Shown: positions 27,215 to 41,360 of the stretch, one piece after another
Numbering within the stretch: position 1 is the stretch's first letter
Layout of the letters: each line of letters begins with the position of its first letter
Origin: Octopus sinensis
Taxonomy: Eukaryota
DNA length: 64,000 nt
Direction of reading: 5' to 3'
Assembly: GCF_006345805.1 (NCBI RefSeq)
Contig: NC_043001.1
Location: 41,788,001 to 41,852,000, forward strand
The notes under the pieces: generated by a model
Told to the model about the DNA's origin: nothing
Seen by the model: only the letters and a program-made list of their open reading frames with translations
Database searches by the model: none
Position numbers and translations under genes: made by a program

Positions 27215-27520
27215 CACACTTCCATTTAAGAAATCTGATTTGAATGTAAGATACAAGTTTCATAATTTCAGGCTCAAAATAAACATAGCTGTTCTCTGAG
27301 AAAAAGAGAGAAAGAACAAGTTACCTTTTCCCAGAAACCAGCCATTTTTTATTTTGAACCTGAAAGATTGCACAATAGCAGTTAATACTAGCTTATTCAA
27401 CTATTGTATTAGAGCATTTAATTGTAGGTCATGTTTAAATTCTGTGTTTATTAAATATTTACCTCTTGCTGGATAGAATATTTTTTGTTGATCCTTATAA
27501 TAACAGAATATGTATATATA

Positions 27521-27742
27521 TTCTTTTACTTGTTTCAGTTGTTTGACTGTGGCCATGCTGGAGCACTGCCTTAAAGGGCGTTAGTTGAAGAAACTGACCC
27601 CAGCAGTTTGGCAAAAGAGACCAATAAAATAAATAATAGGCTTTCAAAAATAAATCCTGGAGTTAATTTGTTTGACTAAAAACCCTTCAAGGCAGTGTTC
27701 CAGGCAAGGCTGCAGTCAAATGACTGAAACAAGTAAAAGAAT
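27521..27742. repeat. Inverted pair of SINE 3' ends forming a fold-back
   Basis: ttcttttacttgtttcagttgtttgactgtggcc... pairs with ...ggctgcagtcaaatgactgaaacaagtaaaagaa. Confidence 0.75.
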
Positions 27743-28286
27743 AACAGAATATACACATTCAAATACAAAAAGTGAATAATGTTAATCCATGCACTATTTA
27801 CCACATGTAATATTTGTGTCCTTTATGTCTATGGCATGTTTTACGTCACTGAGTATGAGTGTTGATTGTTCTTGATGTACTCTAATGTTGCTGGTAACAA
27901 AGAAAACAATGAATTTTATAGTTATTGCTTTTTGTCATCTAGGAGTCGCATTTCTATGTCATTGACATAATTACAACTGTCTTGTGAATGCTAGGAGGAT
28001 GTGTGGTGTCATGTACATATGGGGTTGTGCCTATGCTTTATGGAAATAAATGAGGGTACAGGTTTAAAATGGTAAGCAAAAGAACAGATCCTTGAAAACA
28101 TTCAAGAAATTACAAATTCTGGATTTGTTAATTTTTATATTATATATACTTGATGCCCTGAGAAAAATTTTGCTGGGAGGCAGTTTGTGTTTGCTTTTAA
28201 GGTGTTGAATGTTTTATAAGTAAGTATGGATGAAGTGTGGAATGGAGCTTTACTGTGTAGAAGCCCATTACATGTGTGTGTGTATA

Positions 28287-28530
28287 TCATCATCGTTTAA
28301 CGTCCGTTTTCCGCGCTAGCACGGGTTGGATGGTTCGACCGGGGTCTGGGAAGCCAGGGGCTGCACCAGGCTCCAGTCTGATCTGGCAGTGTTTCTACAG
28401 CTGGATGCCCTTCCTAACGCCAACCACTCCGCAAGTGTAGTGGGTGCTTTTTACGTGCCACCGGCACAGGTGCCAGGAGAGTCTGGCATCGGCCACGATC
28501 GGTTGGTGCTTTTAACGTGCCACCGGCACA
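28287..28530 (-). mobile_element. RTE 3'-end/SINE copy
   Basis: Same family as 20949-21406. Confidence 0.8.
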
Positions 28531-30924
28531 CACTCACACATGTTTATGTGCCTGTGCTTGTCTTCCACCTTCACTTGATAATTGGTGCTAGTTTGTTTAG
28601 GTCCGGTAACTTAGTAGTTTGGTATAAGAGACTGATAAAATAAGTACTAGACTTAACATAAGTATGAGGTTAATTTGTTCAGCGAAAGTTTTTAAGACAA
28701 TGCCCCAGCAGGGTCACAGTCCAATGACTGAAACAAGCAAAAGGTTAAATATAAAAGATAGATACATTAAACAAAATCTCAATGAGTGCATTGACAAGTA
28801 TGAAATGTCATCTTTGGTTTATCAACAATCATCTTATAGTAAAATATGCTGACAGTTCAGTCGTTTTTCCTCTTAGTAAATTTTGCATATGCTCTTGCAT
28901 TTAACTAAGATATAGCTCTGTTTATTATTAAGAAAAAAATACTTGCTATTAATCATGAGGTAAGCCTTTTTTTGTGTGTTTATGAAAACAGTATGTCACT
29001 AGAGTCTAATTTATTCTAATTAAGAATTATCAAACCCCCAGTCATTTATTATTTTACTTCTGAAGAAGATAATGAAATACAATATTCTCAGACAAGTATA
29101 GTTGTGTGGTTAAGACATTTGCTTTTGCAGTCATGTGGTCTTTGATCTCATGGGTGAACAAATGTCTTCTACTTACAGCTTGTAAATGAAATTGACAGAG
29201 AGAAACTGCACAGCAAGTAAAGTCAATAAAGTGGTACCTTGAACAAAAAATATTTAATAATTATTTAATTCATGTAATTTTATGCTAAGATGGACTTAGC
29301 TATTCAATAAAAGAAATACCAGACAATTTACTAAGAAGCTGTGGTGAATATGATCAACTAAAACCTTTGAATCCAATGTGTCAGCATGGCTTCAGTCATA
29401 AAGAGAGGAACCAAAAAAAGTGTTCTGAATTTGAATCCCATTCAGATTGACGCTGCCTTCATCACTATTATATGTATAATAGGATCCAGTCATCTCCTAA
29501 ATAAAGTTGACTCAATTAACTATGTCACCCCTATAATAAATATGTTACCTTCTGTTCCTTTGAGAAATTATTTTCCTTTTAAATGAAAAAAAAACAAAAA
29601 AAAACCCCAATATATTTGGTATATAGTGATTTTATTTCAAAGTTATTTTATTTTATTTTCATTATTGAAAAAAAAAAAGACTTATATAAATAGATGACTG
29701 AATGAAAGAGAAGGACTAATGTGAAGTCTTGGCATCCCACTTCTCCAACATACTGAGAGAGAGAGAGAGGAAAGTGAGAGAGGATAAAGAGGAAATGAAA
29801 GAAGAGAAAGAAAGGAGAGGTCTTAGGAATATGCTGGTTTTTCCAGCATTTCAAGAAACAAAAACATATTCATAATATTCTTAGACTTAACCATTTTTAT
29901 GAGGAAACCTCAGTTCTTTTCACCTCCTTTGGCTAACTGTCAAAAGCCAAAAGTTGGCAAAGGGCCATATGAAATAAAAATTCAAGGCAGACTGGTTAAG
30001 CAAGAGTGGAGTAAATTAGAAGTTTTTTTATTTATTTATCTAGATATCAACTTGTCAACTTATTAACTTTGCACCAGCCACATAGAGTCATTTGCAATGA
30101 TCAAGAACCAAATGTCACAAGTGGCTGTGGAAATAAGAGAATGAGAGGAGGTGAAAAACAGAACCCAGCCTTTGAAATGACAGGGGTGCCAGTCACATAT
30201 GAGCACATGCAAATGTGCCATTGTATTTGCGCATATGCACAAGGACATATGCAAGTAATTTCATGCTATTAAAAAAATGTAGGAAAAAGAACCAGCAGAA
30301 GAAGAGGTACAAAGCAGAAATTGAAGTAGTGAAGTCAGTAGTTGTGAATAATGAGAAAATAACAAGTAAGCTATTCTGTTCAATATTCTGCAGCCGATGA
30401 AGGAAATGGAAAGGCAATAAAGCTGGGAGTAAGTATGTTAAGAAATCTTTAAGGGTATGACATGAAGTGTGGTAAAATATGATTCTGAGGAAGGAGCAGA
30501 AAGCAGAGACACTGCAGATATGAACAGTACTAAAACTGCATTGCTACAGGTTGATAACTAATCAACCAGTTTTTTTGGAGGGCAGTTGCTTGAAGTATTC
30601 CTGTACATAACTTACTAGAAGGAAGGAGTTACTGTAAAAAAAGAAAAAGTTACTAATAGACACTAAGGTACTTAGACTAGTAATGAAGAGTAATATTTCT
30701 CTAAAACCTGATAGACATTTTGAAATAGCTTCACAGCCAACCATCTTCCAAGGAAACACAAGAGCAGCAGCAAACAATACATAACAAATGTTGAATATAT
30801 GTCATTTGTTTATATTACACATTTTATTCTACACATATATGAAATAAATAAAAATAAATTAGTTAATAATATGAAGGTATATTGATCAATAACAGGGAAT
30901 AAATGAAGGCCAGATTCAATATCT

Positions 30925-30997
30925 GTGTGTATATATATATATATATAAACATATATGTGTACATATATACATATATACACATATACATGTGTGTATG

Positions 30998-31029
<32 letters not shown>

Positions 31030-31160
31030 ATATATATATGTACATACATGCATATATATGTACAGATATATATAAATACATATTTGTACAGATATATATA
31101 AATACATATATGTACAGATATATATATATATTCATATGTGTATATACATATATACACATG

Positions 31161-31208
<48 letters not shown>

Positions 31209-31281
31209 CATACATATATATGTACATATATATATATATATTTATATGTACATATATATATAGTACATATATCTATCTATC

Positions 31282-31316
<35 letters not shown>

Positions 31317-31340
31317 GGTGTGTGTGTGTACATATATATC
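30925..31340. repeat. Compound (TA)n microsatellite
   Basis: Directly visible. Confidence 0.9.
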
Positions 31341-32558
31341 TGAAAATTTGGAGGGGCAGGAAAGAAATTATAAGAATAACTACACTCAAATCTAATGAAG
31401 CCTGTATTTTGCCAAGAGATCGATACTAACAACAATATAGCAGGAGGAAGCTCAAGTTAGCACCATTTTCAAGGTAAACAGGGTAAATATACACTCATAC
31501 ACTTTCATTCACTCATAATATCAAATTTAATGCTTTGTCAAACTGTGGCATTGATATGCAAGCTGCATTACTACCGCAGTCAGAAGCAAAGTCCAATCTG
31601 TTAAAGATTGTTGACATGATGTGATAAATGTAAGAATATAACTTTAGCAGAAGATTATAATGGTGGCCCACAATGGTATTATGCTGTATCAAACCACAGG
31701 TTCTGCAAAAACAAAAAAGTGTTACCAGAAAGAAAGAAAATCTATACAAAAAAAAAAAATATATGTATATATATTCCTGAGATTTCCAGACTTCCATAAA
31801 ACAAAAAAACTGATAAAACGAATGTAACGCATTAAAGGTTAAAAAAAGACTATCATATTGGAAAAACTTCCAAAAGTGTAAGACAAATTATTAATAAAAT
31901 ATGCAAAATACGCATCTTAAAAAAGAAATTTGAAAAATTTGAACTAAAAATTTTTTAAAAGTTAAATTAAAATTATAATTAAAATTTTATAAAATAATTT
32001 TTCTAGTCCAAATTTTTAAAAACATTTCCTTCTTTGAATCCACATATTTTTAATTTGTCTTGCAAGGAAGACATTATTGTCCACCCCCCAAAAAAAGCCA
32101 ATAATAGCCATGTAACTTCTACTTGTTAGACAAGTAGCAACAACAGAAAGATTAGGGTCAATACAAACGGAGGTGAGAACAAGAAAAACAAACCACTGCT
32201 TTTATAATATTTTATAATATTCAAGGACTTATATTTAGCTTACTATACTAATTGTGACAATACACATTCCTAGGTATGTATTTCCAGCAGATCACATTTT
32301 CTTCATTGAGTGAATGCATGATTCCTGAATAATTGAAGCTATCAATGCTTGCATTTACAGACATCTGCTTACCTACTTGGGACTAAAGGCAAATAAGTAA
32401 ACTTTTAATTGCAAGTGTTTTCACTAATGTCTACTAGAAAAAATTATGAGTTGTGATGTTACTTATTATAGTGAATTTAACACTGCAGCCTGCAATTTAG
32501 AAGATGACATCTCAAACAAATGCCAGCATTAATATTTATTTCCAGAGTATCTTTTTGC

Positions 32559-32802
32559 TTATAGAGAAATTTTAGAGCTGGTGACATTACATGCTCCCCG
32601 TGTGAGTCCATTGACAATTTTCTGCCAGAGTTCTTTGCGGCATGACTTGGAGCGGCGTAGACTTTGGAGCAGCTCATTGAACTGCACAGGGCCCCCAGGG
32701 GACATGCAGAATGCTTTCTGTGCAGTACAGATGATGCTGACAAAATCATCATATTCAGGTGATGTTATATGATGAATGCGATGATGCGCACAATGCATGA
32801 AC
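32559..32802 (-). CDS. ZSWIM8: ZSWIM8 last coding exon
   Basis: (M)FMHCAHHRIHHITSPEYDDFVSIICTAQKAFCMSPGGPVQFNELLQSLRRSKSCRKELWQKI...*; matches the ZSWIM8 C-terminus; AG acceptor, phase 2. Confidence 0.93.
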
Positions 32803-34566
32803 CTATAAAAAAGAAAAGGAAAAAAGAAATTAAAGATAGAATGCATAGTGTGAAACAAATTTTAAATTTAATATATTTAAACTATTCAAAAATTTAAAAA
32901 ATTTTTTAAAAGTACTAATATTTTAAATATGTTACTTATTGACTTGAGTTAATTTACATATTGAGTTGGTTTGCAAACTTTTATACTTAAGAGGTAAAAT
33001 AGAAATATCATTTAGACAAAATAACTAAAAAAGATTATTCACCAATTATCTAACCTTCACAAGTAGTTTTAAAAGATGTAAAAACCCCTATTGCTTCAAG
33101 GATATTTGCTAATAACCACAATCTTAACATAAATAAAACAACATTCAACAGAATCTCAACAACAGAGTGTGATAACAATATTAGTAATAATACACTTTGC
33201 AAACCATATTCCATACGAAGGCTGAAAGTATGTCACTTATCAGGGATAAGAAAATTCTCTTTGAATGAATCACAAGGTGATAAAAGTTAAATTATATTTT
33301 CCCAGTCAGAGGCAATATCAGGTGATATGGGAGAATAGTTACCATTTTGTAATAAATTTTAAAAATACAGCATAATAAAGTTTAAGCATCTCTCAAATAA
33401 TATCCCATATATTAACACAAAAATAATTGAAATTAAACTCCATTATATTGATTAGGAATTATGTTACATGAAAACAAGCAGTAGATAAAAAGAAGCAACA
33501 GTACACTTTTCTGAAACACCATAAACCATGGTTAAACATAGAAGTTATTCGGTTTGATTTACATTTCATTGGATCTTGGTTCTCAACTAAATACAGTCCC
33601 ACTCCAAAATTTTATTTTTCTGTTAATTCATTTGTAGCCTTTTAAAAGCAGTTTCTCTGGATTTTTAAAATTCAGGTCTTCTACCATCTATTTTAATATA
33701 ATATTCAAGTACACATTCACAACCACATGACACTGGGTATGATCTCACTGTATACCATCTTAGGCAAGAGGGTTGCTTATTCCTGCAAGTTGAATTTGGT
33801 AGATAGAAACTGCACAAAAGTCCACTATATATACATGAATGGGTTTTGGCATGAAAAATGCACCCTGTATGCTCCATAAAGAGGTTAGCATTAGGAAGGG
33901 CATCCAGCCATAGAAACTATGCCAAAGCAGACAACAGAGTTTGGTGCAGCACCTGTCAAACTGTCCAATCCAAACCAGGATGGAAAACAGATGTATGATG
34001 ATGATGATATATATCTTTTGGCGAAAAATATAAATATCAATGAGAAACCAATGCTTTATGAATGAAGTTCTTTGAATTATTTTTTCTATATTGAATTATA
34101 GATATTCCCTTGATGATGATGATGACTCTCACTGTCAGGAACGCAGTGAACTAAGTAACTGGTCCATTGGAAACTATAACCAACACAGCACTAATGTTCA
34201 AAAGTCGTGATGTAAAATATATTTACTAACTAATCCTTTGATGCTTTTGTAAAACTCTTGCTGGAAACATAATTCAATTTCTTATTCTAAGATAATTTTA
34301 AATTACATATTCTAAGGTACTGTTTACTTGGATTTGTGGTTTTGATGTATAATATATATATATAGAGTACGATGAATTTTACAAAAGTTTAACAAAGTAA
34401 AAATAACATTAGATAAGCATAGGGTTGACATATTTCTTCTGTTCTCTTAAATGTATAAACTCTAGGTTAATAATGAATTTCATCATATCTTTTAATATAT
34501 CTAGGTCAATGTTAAAAACTATCATTAAGTCATATAAGTGTTAGGTCATACAGCTATTATACTTAC

Positions 34567-34744
34567 ATCTGTATACACTTCTGCACCAGTGGGTTGAGGA
34601 AGTTTGAGCGCAGGCAGTTGTGCACTGGAGTCTGGTTGTTATGAGCCAGATAGTGCGCAGCTTCCCAGGCAATGTCGTAGAGAACGAATGGACTGACTAC
34701 AGCGTTAACAGCACTGGCACAAAACTGCTGCAAATAACTGCTTC
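34567..34744 (-). CDS. ZSWIM8: ZSWIM8 exon
   Basis: SSYLQQFCASAVNAVVSPFVLYDIAWEAAHYL...NPLVQKCIQ; AG/GT, phase 1->2. Confidence 0.92.
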
Positions 34745-35660
34745 CTATGAATAAAAATGTTTAATTACAGGTAGATTTTAGTTACAATGGATAATAAATA
34801 TATAAATTCTATAAGGCCACCAAGGTTAAATGCTGTTTAATCATGTCTTATTTTGGTGACTTAACTTTTAATTTAACAAATAACTATCCATCTAAGTCTT
34901 CTCAAATAATTAATGTTTGCTAAAAACATAAAAAAAAAATAAAGAGCAAAATGAAGTTAATTTTTTTCTTTGTTTTTAGTTTTCAATACAACAAAGCAAT
35001 GATATCTCTTATTATAAAAGGCAGATTTTATCTGCCTCCCTTTGGGAGTTATAGAAATCTACAATATAGGATTTCTTCAATTACAATTTACCTAGCATTT
35101 TTGAGAGTACAATGCATCGCGTCATGCCAGGTCCAGTTTTTAAAATTTAAACTCCAATTAAGCAAAATTTACAGAAAACTCACATTCTGGTGTGTGTGTC
35201 AAATGCTTTTCTTAGTCTGGTTTACACCACACGCAAACGCACACACACAGTGGGCAACGAATAAAATGAAAGTAAATAGCGACAGAGTGATTTGAGGAAG
35301 ACTAAAGTGAAAGTATTCTGTCTATGACGCTGATAGATACATGAGTAAAATGTATGGGGAGCTAAGAGTGAGTGAAAATGTTCTTGGAAGAGAGTAATTA
35401 GTAATAAAGTAAACATACACTCATACATACATACATACATACATACACACACACACATACACACACACATACACACACACATACATACATACATACATAT
35501 ACATACATATACATACATATACATACATACACACACACATACACACACACACAGTATTGAAGCTTGAGAACAATCAGATACATTTGCAACACATATGTTG
35601 AAAATATTATTGTTCACACACATACATATACATATATACTTACAGACAGACAGACAGACA

Positions 35661-35698
<38 letters not shown>

Positions 35699-35749
35699 AT
35701 CCAGCATGGCCACAACCTCAAGGCTGAAACATATAAAAGAATAACAGAA

Positions 35750-36115
35750 TATAAATGTGTGCAAAGTACAAGAAATATTAATGCAGTATATGGGGATTGG
35801 ACAATAAGCGTAAGGCAGTGTCAATGGTGGTTCCAGAAATCCCGAGCCATAAACTACAGCCTAGAAGACGAGCCTCATCCTGAAAGATCTGTAGAACTCG
35901 ACAAGGACATCCTGAAAACCCTGGTGGAACAAAATATCATCGTAACTGTTGAGGAACTAGCAGAGAAGCTTGGATTTGGTCATTCAACCATTCATTGACA
36001 CCTGTGTGCTATCGGAAAAGTCAGCAAATTGGGTCAATGGGTTCCTCACGAACTTTCCGAGTCTAATTGCATGCAGAGAGTGAATGTATGCTTTTCTTTG
36101 CTGTCATATCTCACC
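35750..36115 (+). mobile_element. Mariner transposase N-terminal fragment
   Basis: RNINAVYG...WWFQK...LEDEP...ELAEKLG...STIH, then QWVPHEL. Confidence 0.8.
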
Positions 36116-36133
36116 ACTACTGCGCTATGTATA

Positions 36134-36770
36134 TCTATATATATAAAACTGTAGTTGTGTGAGTGTCTGTCCCCTTCGATTTAGATTCCTAACTACTCCC
36201 ACATTTTGCGGTACAGTTTAACCAAATTCGGGTAGCTTATAGTCGTGATTCATATCGAGCCCGTCTGAATATTAGCGCGCGTCTACGATGAGTCTACGAT
36301 TTTAAAAATAATTTAACATCATTTTTTATTCCATTTTAATGCATAATTTTTCGTGTGTCGATGGCGGCGGAGTTGGCGTCCACGCTCACACCTGCACCTG
36401 TGGGGAAGGGAGTGTAAGGAAATCAACGTCGTAATGCATTGTCAAGGAGACCAGTGTTCTTTTAGAACAACGACTTCATGGCTTGAAGACACCAAAACAG
36501 AAATGGTTAAGAAAGCGTCTACATGAGTCTACGATTTAAAAAAAAATTTACCATCGTTTTTTTTCCATTTTAATGCATTTTTTCGCTATTATATAAGGGA
36601 AGTAACTCTCTAAAAATGTCTACGATGAGTCAACGATTTAAAAAAAAATTTACCATCATATTTTTTCCATTTTTAATGCATTTTTTGCTATTTTTTGGCT
36701 ATAACTCTCTAAAAATGCTTATATAGTTATTTCCCTTACAAACCCGAGCAACGCCGGGCGATACTGCTAG
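36134..36770 (+). mobile_element. Non-autonomous Helitron
   Basis: A|TC start, CCCGAGCAACGCCGGG hairpin, CTAG|T end; three internal repeats of gtctacgatgagtctacgatttaaaa. Confidence 0.8.
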
Positions 36771-37217
36771 TTAAGTTATAAAGATAAATTTCAAAATATT
36801 TCTTGCTTTTAACATTTGTTCATTTCAATGTCTCTTATTTCATGTAAGAATAACTTAGACATTAAGGCAGGATTTTTACAGCCAGATGATCTTTTCCCTA
36901 ACTGTAACCAGTTTTTTTAGTAGAAATTTTTTTTATATACCAGATGAAACCGAAAGCACAGAACTAGCAACCAGTTTCTTGACAAGAAGTGTCAACAGAT
37001 ATCACTGTCCAACCAAACAGTGACATCATTGTTAGTAACTGAGCTGCAAATTGTGATGTCACCATTTGTAGTCATAGCTCAATATAGGTTGTAAACATTC
37101 ACAGATATATATGCACATACCATTAATAAACCAGATAAGCTTCTTGGTTAGATGTTCTATCTATATATCAGATAATATTTTTGTTGTAGTTTTCTTGTTC
37201 AGAAAGGTTTAGTCATA

Positions 37218-37690
37218 CATCATCATCATCATTGTTTAGAAGGCTTCATCAGGCCCAGTCAGATCTGGCAGTGTTTCTACGGCTGGATGCCCTTCCTAAC
37301 GCCAACCACTCCGTGAGTGTAGTGGGTGCTTTTTAAGTGCCACCCGCACAGGTGCCAGACAGAGCTGGCAAACCGCCACGAACGGATGGTGCTTTTTATG
37401 TGCCACCGGCACGGGGGCCAGGCGAGGCTGGCAACGGACACGAACGGATGGTGCTTTTTGCGTGCCACCGGCACGAGGCCAGTCGGGGCGGCGCTGGCAA
37501 CGGTCGCAAACGGATGGTTCTCTTACATGCCACCGGCACAGGTAACACATCTGCAATTTCCATTGATCGATTTCGATTCTGATCTTCACTTGCCTCAACA
37601 GGTCTTCACAAGTAGAGTTTTGTGTCCCAAGAAGGGAAGGTATGCATACATAGGCTGGATCCATCCCATGTAGAAGGCCACGGGTTTCAG
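37218..37690 (-). mobile_element. RTE 3'-end/SINE copy with minisatellite
   Basis: Same family as 20949-21406. Confidence 0.8.
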
Positions 37691-38379
37691 AAAAACCAAC
37701 AATATATCACTACTCTGTAAATCATAACTAGCAAAATGAAAAAATGTCAAGCTCTTAATCAAATGATCTCTAGTTTATAACCCATCACTAGTATCACAAT
37801 GAATCTCGGGTAAAGTCCAAATCAATCTAATCACCTATTTTATAAATAGGTACCACAAGATAATACAGCTCTCATTGAGAAATAACAGTCAGAACATAAC
37901 TGAAAATATAGATAGCTTGCAAGTACTGAGTTCAAATTTCCCTCATGACCAAAACTTGTCATATATTGCTATTTCTACACAAAGAGATACCTCTCAACAA
38001 CTTAACAACATGAAAGCTAGGATAAATATCAGGACATCATACTCCTATTCAAAAATGTCTATCATTCAAGTAACAGCTACAGAAATCATTCAATACATCA
38101 GGTTCACTCCAAAAGTAGTTAACGAATTCGCATCTAATAGTTATGTCACATTTTTAATATCTGACTGAAATTTAAAAGGAGACAAAAACATTGATTTGTC
38201 TTTTTAAAGTTTGCATCAAACAAATTTTTGATAACTTTTGTAGTTAAAAATAGAATTAAGAATCTATGAAAAATTACTGAAGTTTCCATTTAAGCAAAAT
38301 TATATCAATTAGAATATTGAAGAAAATATAACAAACCAAATAGTTTTCTTCTTTCATAATGACAAAAAATTTTACTTGC

Positions 38380-38749
38380 CTAATTTGATGGCAACTCCAA
38401 GGAGTCTTTTGACATCCTCACCATAGGGAGGGTTGCGAGCATATTTCATATGTGGACGATCATTCCGACCAAGTGTCTCCATAGCTAGCATGCCAACTCT
38501 ATAGGCAGCCATCAGGTAGTTCATTTGTGTCTGATTATTAATAGCAGAAGGGGTTTGAATATTGGACTGTCCAACAGGCTGCTGCTGTTGCTGGCCAACA
38601 CAAAGTGGGCCTTGCTGCTGGCCAGGAACACAGTTTGAGGAGGTAGGCTGGCATGGTGTAAACACAGGAGGTTGGTCCACATGTTGAACATTATTTCCTG
38701 CAGTTGCTGTTGCTGTGTTGCCACCATGCACTGGCTGAAGTGACCCAAG
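38380..38749 (-). CDS. ZSWIM8: ZSWIM8 exon (GC donor)
   Basis: LGSLQPVH...YLMAAYRVGMLAMETLGRNDRPHMKYARNPPYGEDVKRLLGVAIKL; phase 0->1 requires donor AG|GCAAGT. Confidence 0.9.
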
Positions 38750-38836
38750 CTATTATAAAATAAAATTCAAATACAACATAAAAATAATACCCATAAAAAG
38801 TGCATCACAAAGTCAACTTGGTAAAATTACAGTTTG

Positions 38837-38893
<57 letters not shown>

Positions 38894-39684
38894 GAGAAAC
38901 AATTTTTTATGCACATTCATAGTTAGTTCACATTTTAGATTTTCATATTATAAGCTATAACTACAAGTATAACTGTTAATATCTGCAACAAAGTAATAAT
39001 ATTCAAAATGTGTCCAAAGGAGAAATTAATTTATATCTAAAAGACAAAAGAACGATAAATAAGGCCTAAGTTAGCAGTTTCATTTTTGATGACTTCACGC
39101 CCTTTTTTATGCTAAAATCAAACCAATTATTTTTTCACATCAAGATATTTAAAAAGTTTTTACAGAAGGTTAGATATCCTCTTCTAATTCAAAAACTAGA
39201 GAGAATAGGAGTGACAGTGTTAGGCTTTTAATCTTTGAAATTAAGAACTTGAACCCTATTCACTTAATCAATAATTTAAATAGTCAAAAGCAGAGAGTTT
39301 TTTAACAGTGGCTTCACAATAAAATACTGAGCAATTTTCTTATTTTTTCCAATATTTAAAACTTTGAAAGGTAATTACTGTTACTCTAAAATTAATCATT
39401 ATGCTGGCTTCTAAATATAGTTAAAAATCACTAGCATAAAAAAATAAAGGAAAAGAAAAACTGTTAGCACATTGGACACTATGTTTTGATTATTATTCCT
39501 TCCCTTTCAACAAAACATTGTACAATGATATGTACAGTATAACTTATAATAACACTTAACCAAAATTGTTATTGTCTATAGATTGTTTCTTGCATCGTTG
39601 CCATAAGTTTAATTAAGCTAATTATTTAAAAATAAACAACATTTAGTTATATATTAATATGACTGTAGAATCTATCATACTTAC

Positions 39685-40280
39685 TTGACAGTTTGGGTTT
39701 GGATAGATTTGCATGGTGGGGCCTAGATGTCGGATATTAGTTCCATTGGAGAAGATCTGTGCAGTATTTTGATGAACATTCTGAATGTTCTGAAGGTTAC
39801 CAACAGGAAATGGTGACTGGTTCTGATAAGAATAAGTTGTAATATAGGCTCCAGGGTGGTGCAAATTATTATGGAGTGGAATGTGAGTAGTCTGTGGGGG
39901 AGGTGGTGGTGGTGGAGGGTACTGATGATGGTGGTGGTGATTGAAGATACTGTATGTTGGCACATAGGTGGTTGGGTGGTGGGGCATCTGGCCATTTTGG
40001 GCAGGCCCAGGAAGTGTGTATGGAATCACCATTGGTCCAGGATGGTTCATATGGTTAGAGGAATGCAAGATAATTTGCGGTGGTGGTGGAGGAGTTCCTT
40101 GGGTGGAGACCTGTGAATTAGTAGATGTGTGAGAAGGCTGTTGGTTGTAAGTAATCATAGGAAGAGCAGAAGAGGTGTTAGATGAAGGATTTATCTGGTC
40201 TCCTACACAATCCACCATCAATGGCCGGTTGCTATCTTCATCTTGAGAATGGGAAGCTTCCAAAGCCACAGACAAATCTC
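39685..40280 (-). CDS. ZSWIM8: ZSWIM8 exon (P/H/Q-rich low-complexity region)
   Basis: Open frame, AG/GTAAGT, phase 1->0. Confidence 0.88.
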
Positions 40281-40985
40281 CTGAAGAAAGAAATATACAT
40301 TTTAATATACAAAAGTTAATACTAAAATATAATTAACTATAAAAACATCAAATGCAACTTAACATTTATAACACAAACTAAAAGCTATGAGAATTAGAGC
40401 TACTTAGTTGTTTATATTCTTTGAACTTAAAAGTATTACAACAAGACAATACAGAGTCTTTTCTTGCAGTAGAATAAAAATGACTTCATGATACCTAGTG
40501 CAGATTATGTAAACAATATGAAAAGGACTAGCTAAATGTTAAAAAAAAAATTTAAGGTCCATAACTGTACCAGTGCTTCAACTTGAAATTAGTTTGAAAG
40601 ATTAGTTAGACAAGAGGTTCACATTATTACAGAACATAATGAAAATCAGAAAGGTCACCTTCATTCAACAACTGACAAGATTTGCATGATGCTCACTGGT
40701 TGATCTAACTATTGATCTGTAAATGTTACAATGTTCCTCTACTCTAACTAACTGCACATATCAGAACACTGTTCCACTTTCCTTACTCAGGTCTTGGGTT
40801 TGTCATGGTCAAAATAATGAAATAAATAAGATAAAGGTATACATTGTTCTTCTTATTTATTTTTAACTGTATTGTTGTAGCTTTTAATACTAATAATTAA
40901 CCACATTGTAAGTAAAATTAAAACAAAAAAAAGCATTAGAAAAATAAATAAATAAAAAAAAAACCAAAGCAATTAGCATATCTAC

Positions 40986-41360
40986 CTTGTGCACTTCCAT
41001 TATTACTAAGGTGAGCAGACTCTTCAGCCATCTTGTCCCAATGTCGTGCCACTTCAAACAAAACTTCAGGGTAAACACCACCGCCTTTAGCAGCACTTTC
41101 AACAGCAAGACAAGCTTTCTCCAGCATCTCTTTGCTATGTTCCTTGCATTGAAGCAAGGCACGTTGCACTTCAATGGGATTTAAAGCATGAGCATGGGGT
41201 AAAGAAGAGAGAGACAGTTCAGATGCTGCCTTTACCATGTTGGGATCTCGACCTCTTGAAGCACGGTCAGCAAGAGATGCAACTTCAGGTGGGGTAAGGT
41301 GACCTTCCCAAGTATCAATAAGAATATTGATTGCAGCACTCCCAATCTCCATTGCTTGAC
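40986..41360 (-). CDS. ZSWIM8: ZSWIM8 exon
   Basis: QAMEIGSAAINILIDTWEGHLTPPEVASLADRASR...LPHAHALNP...GGGVYPEVLFEVA; phase 1->1. Confidence 0.95.

Noticed and set aside
29059-29090. CTGAAGA...GAAA hammerhead-like string
   Set aside because: No stem II or stem I pairing.
38374-38375. Canonical GT donor for the 38380-38749 exon
   Set aside because: It gives phase 2 and breaks the frame of the conserved next exon.
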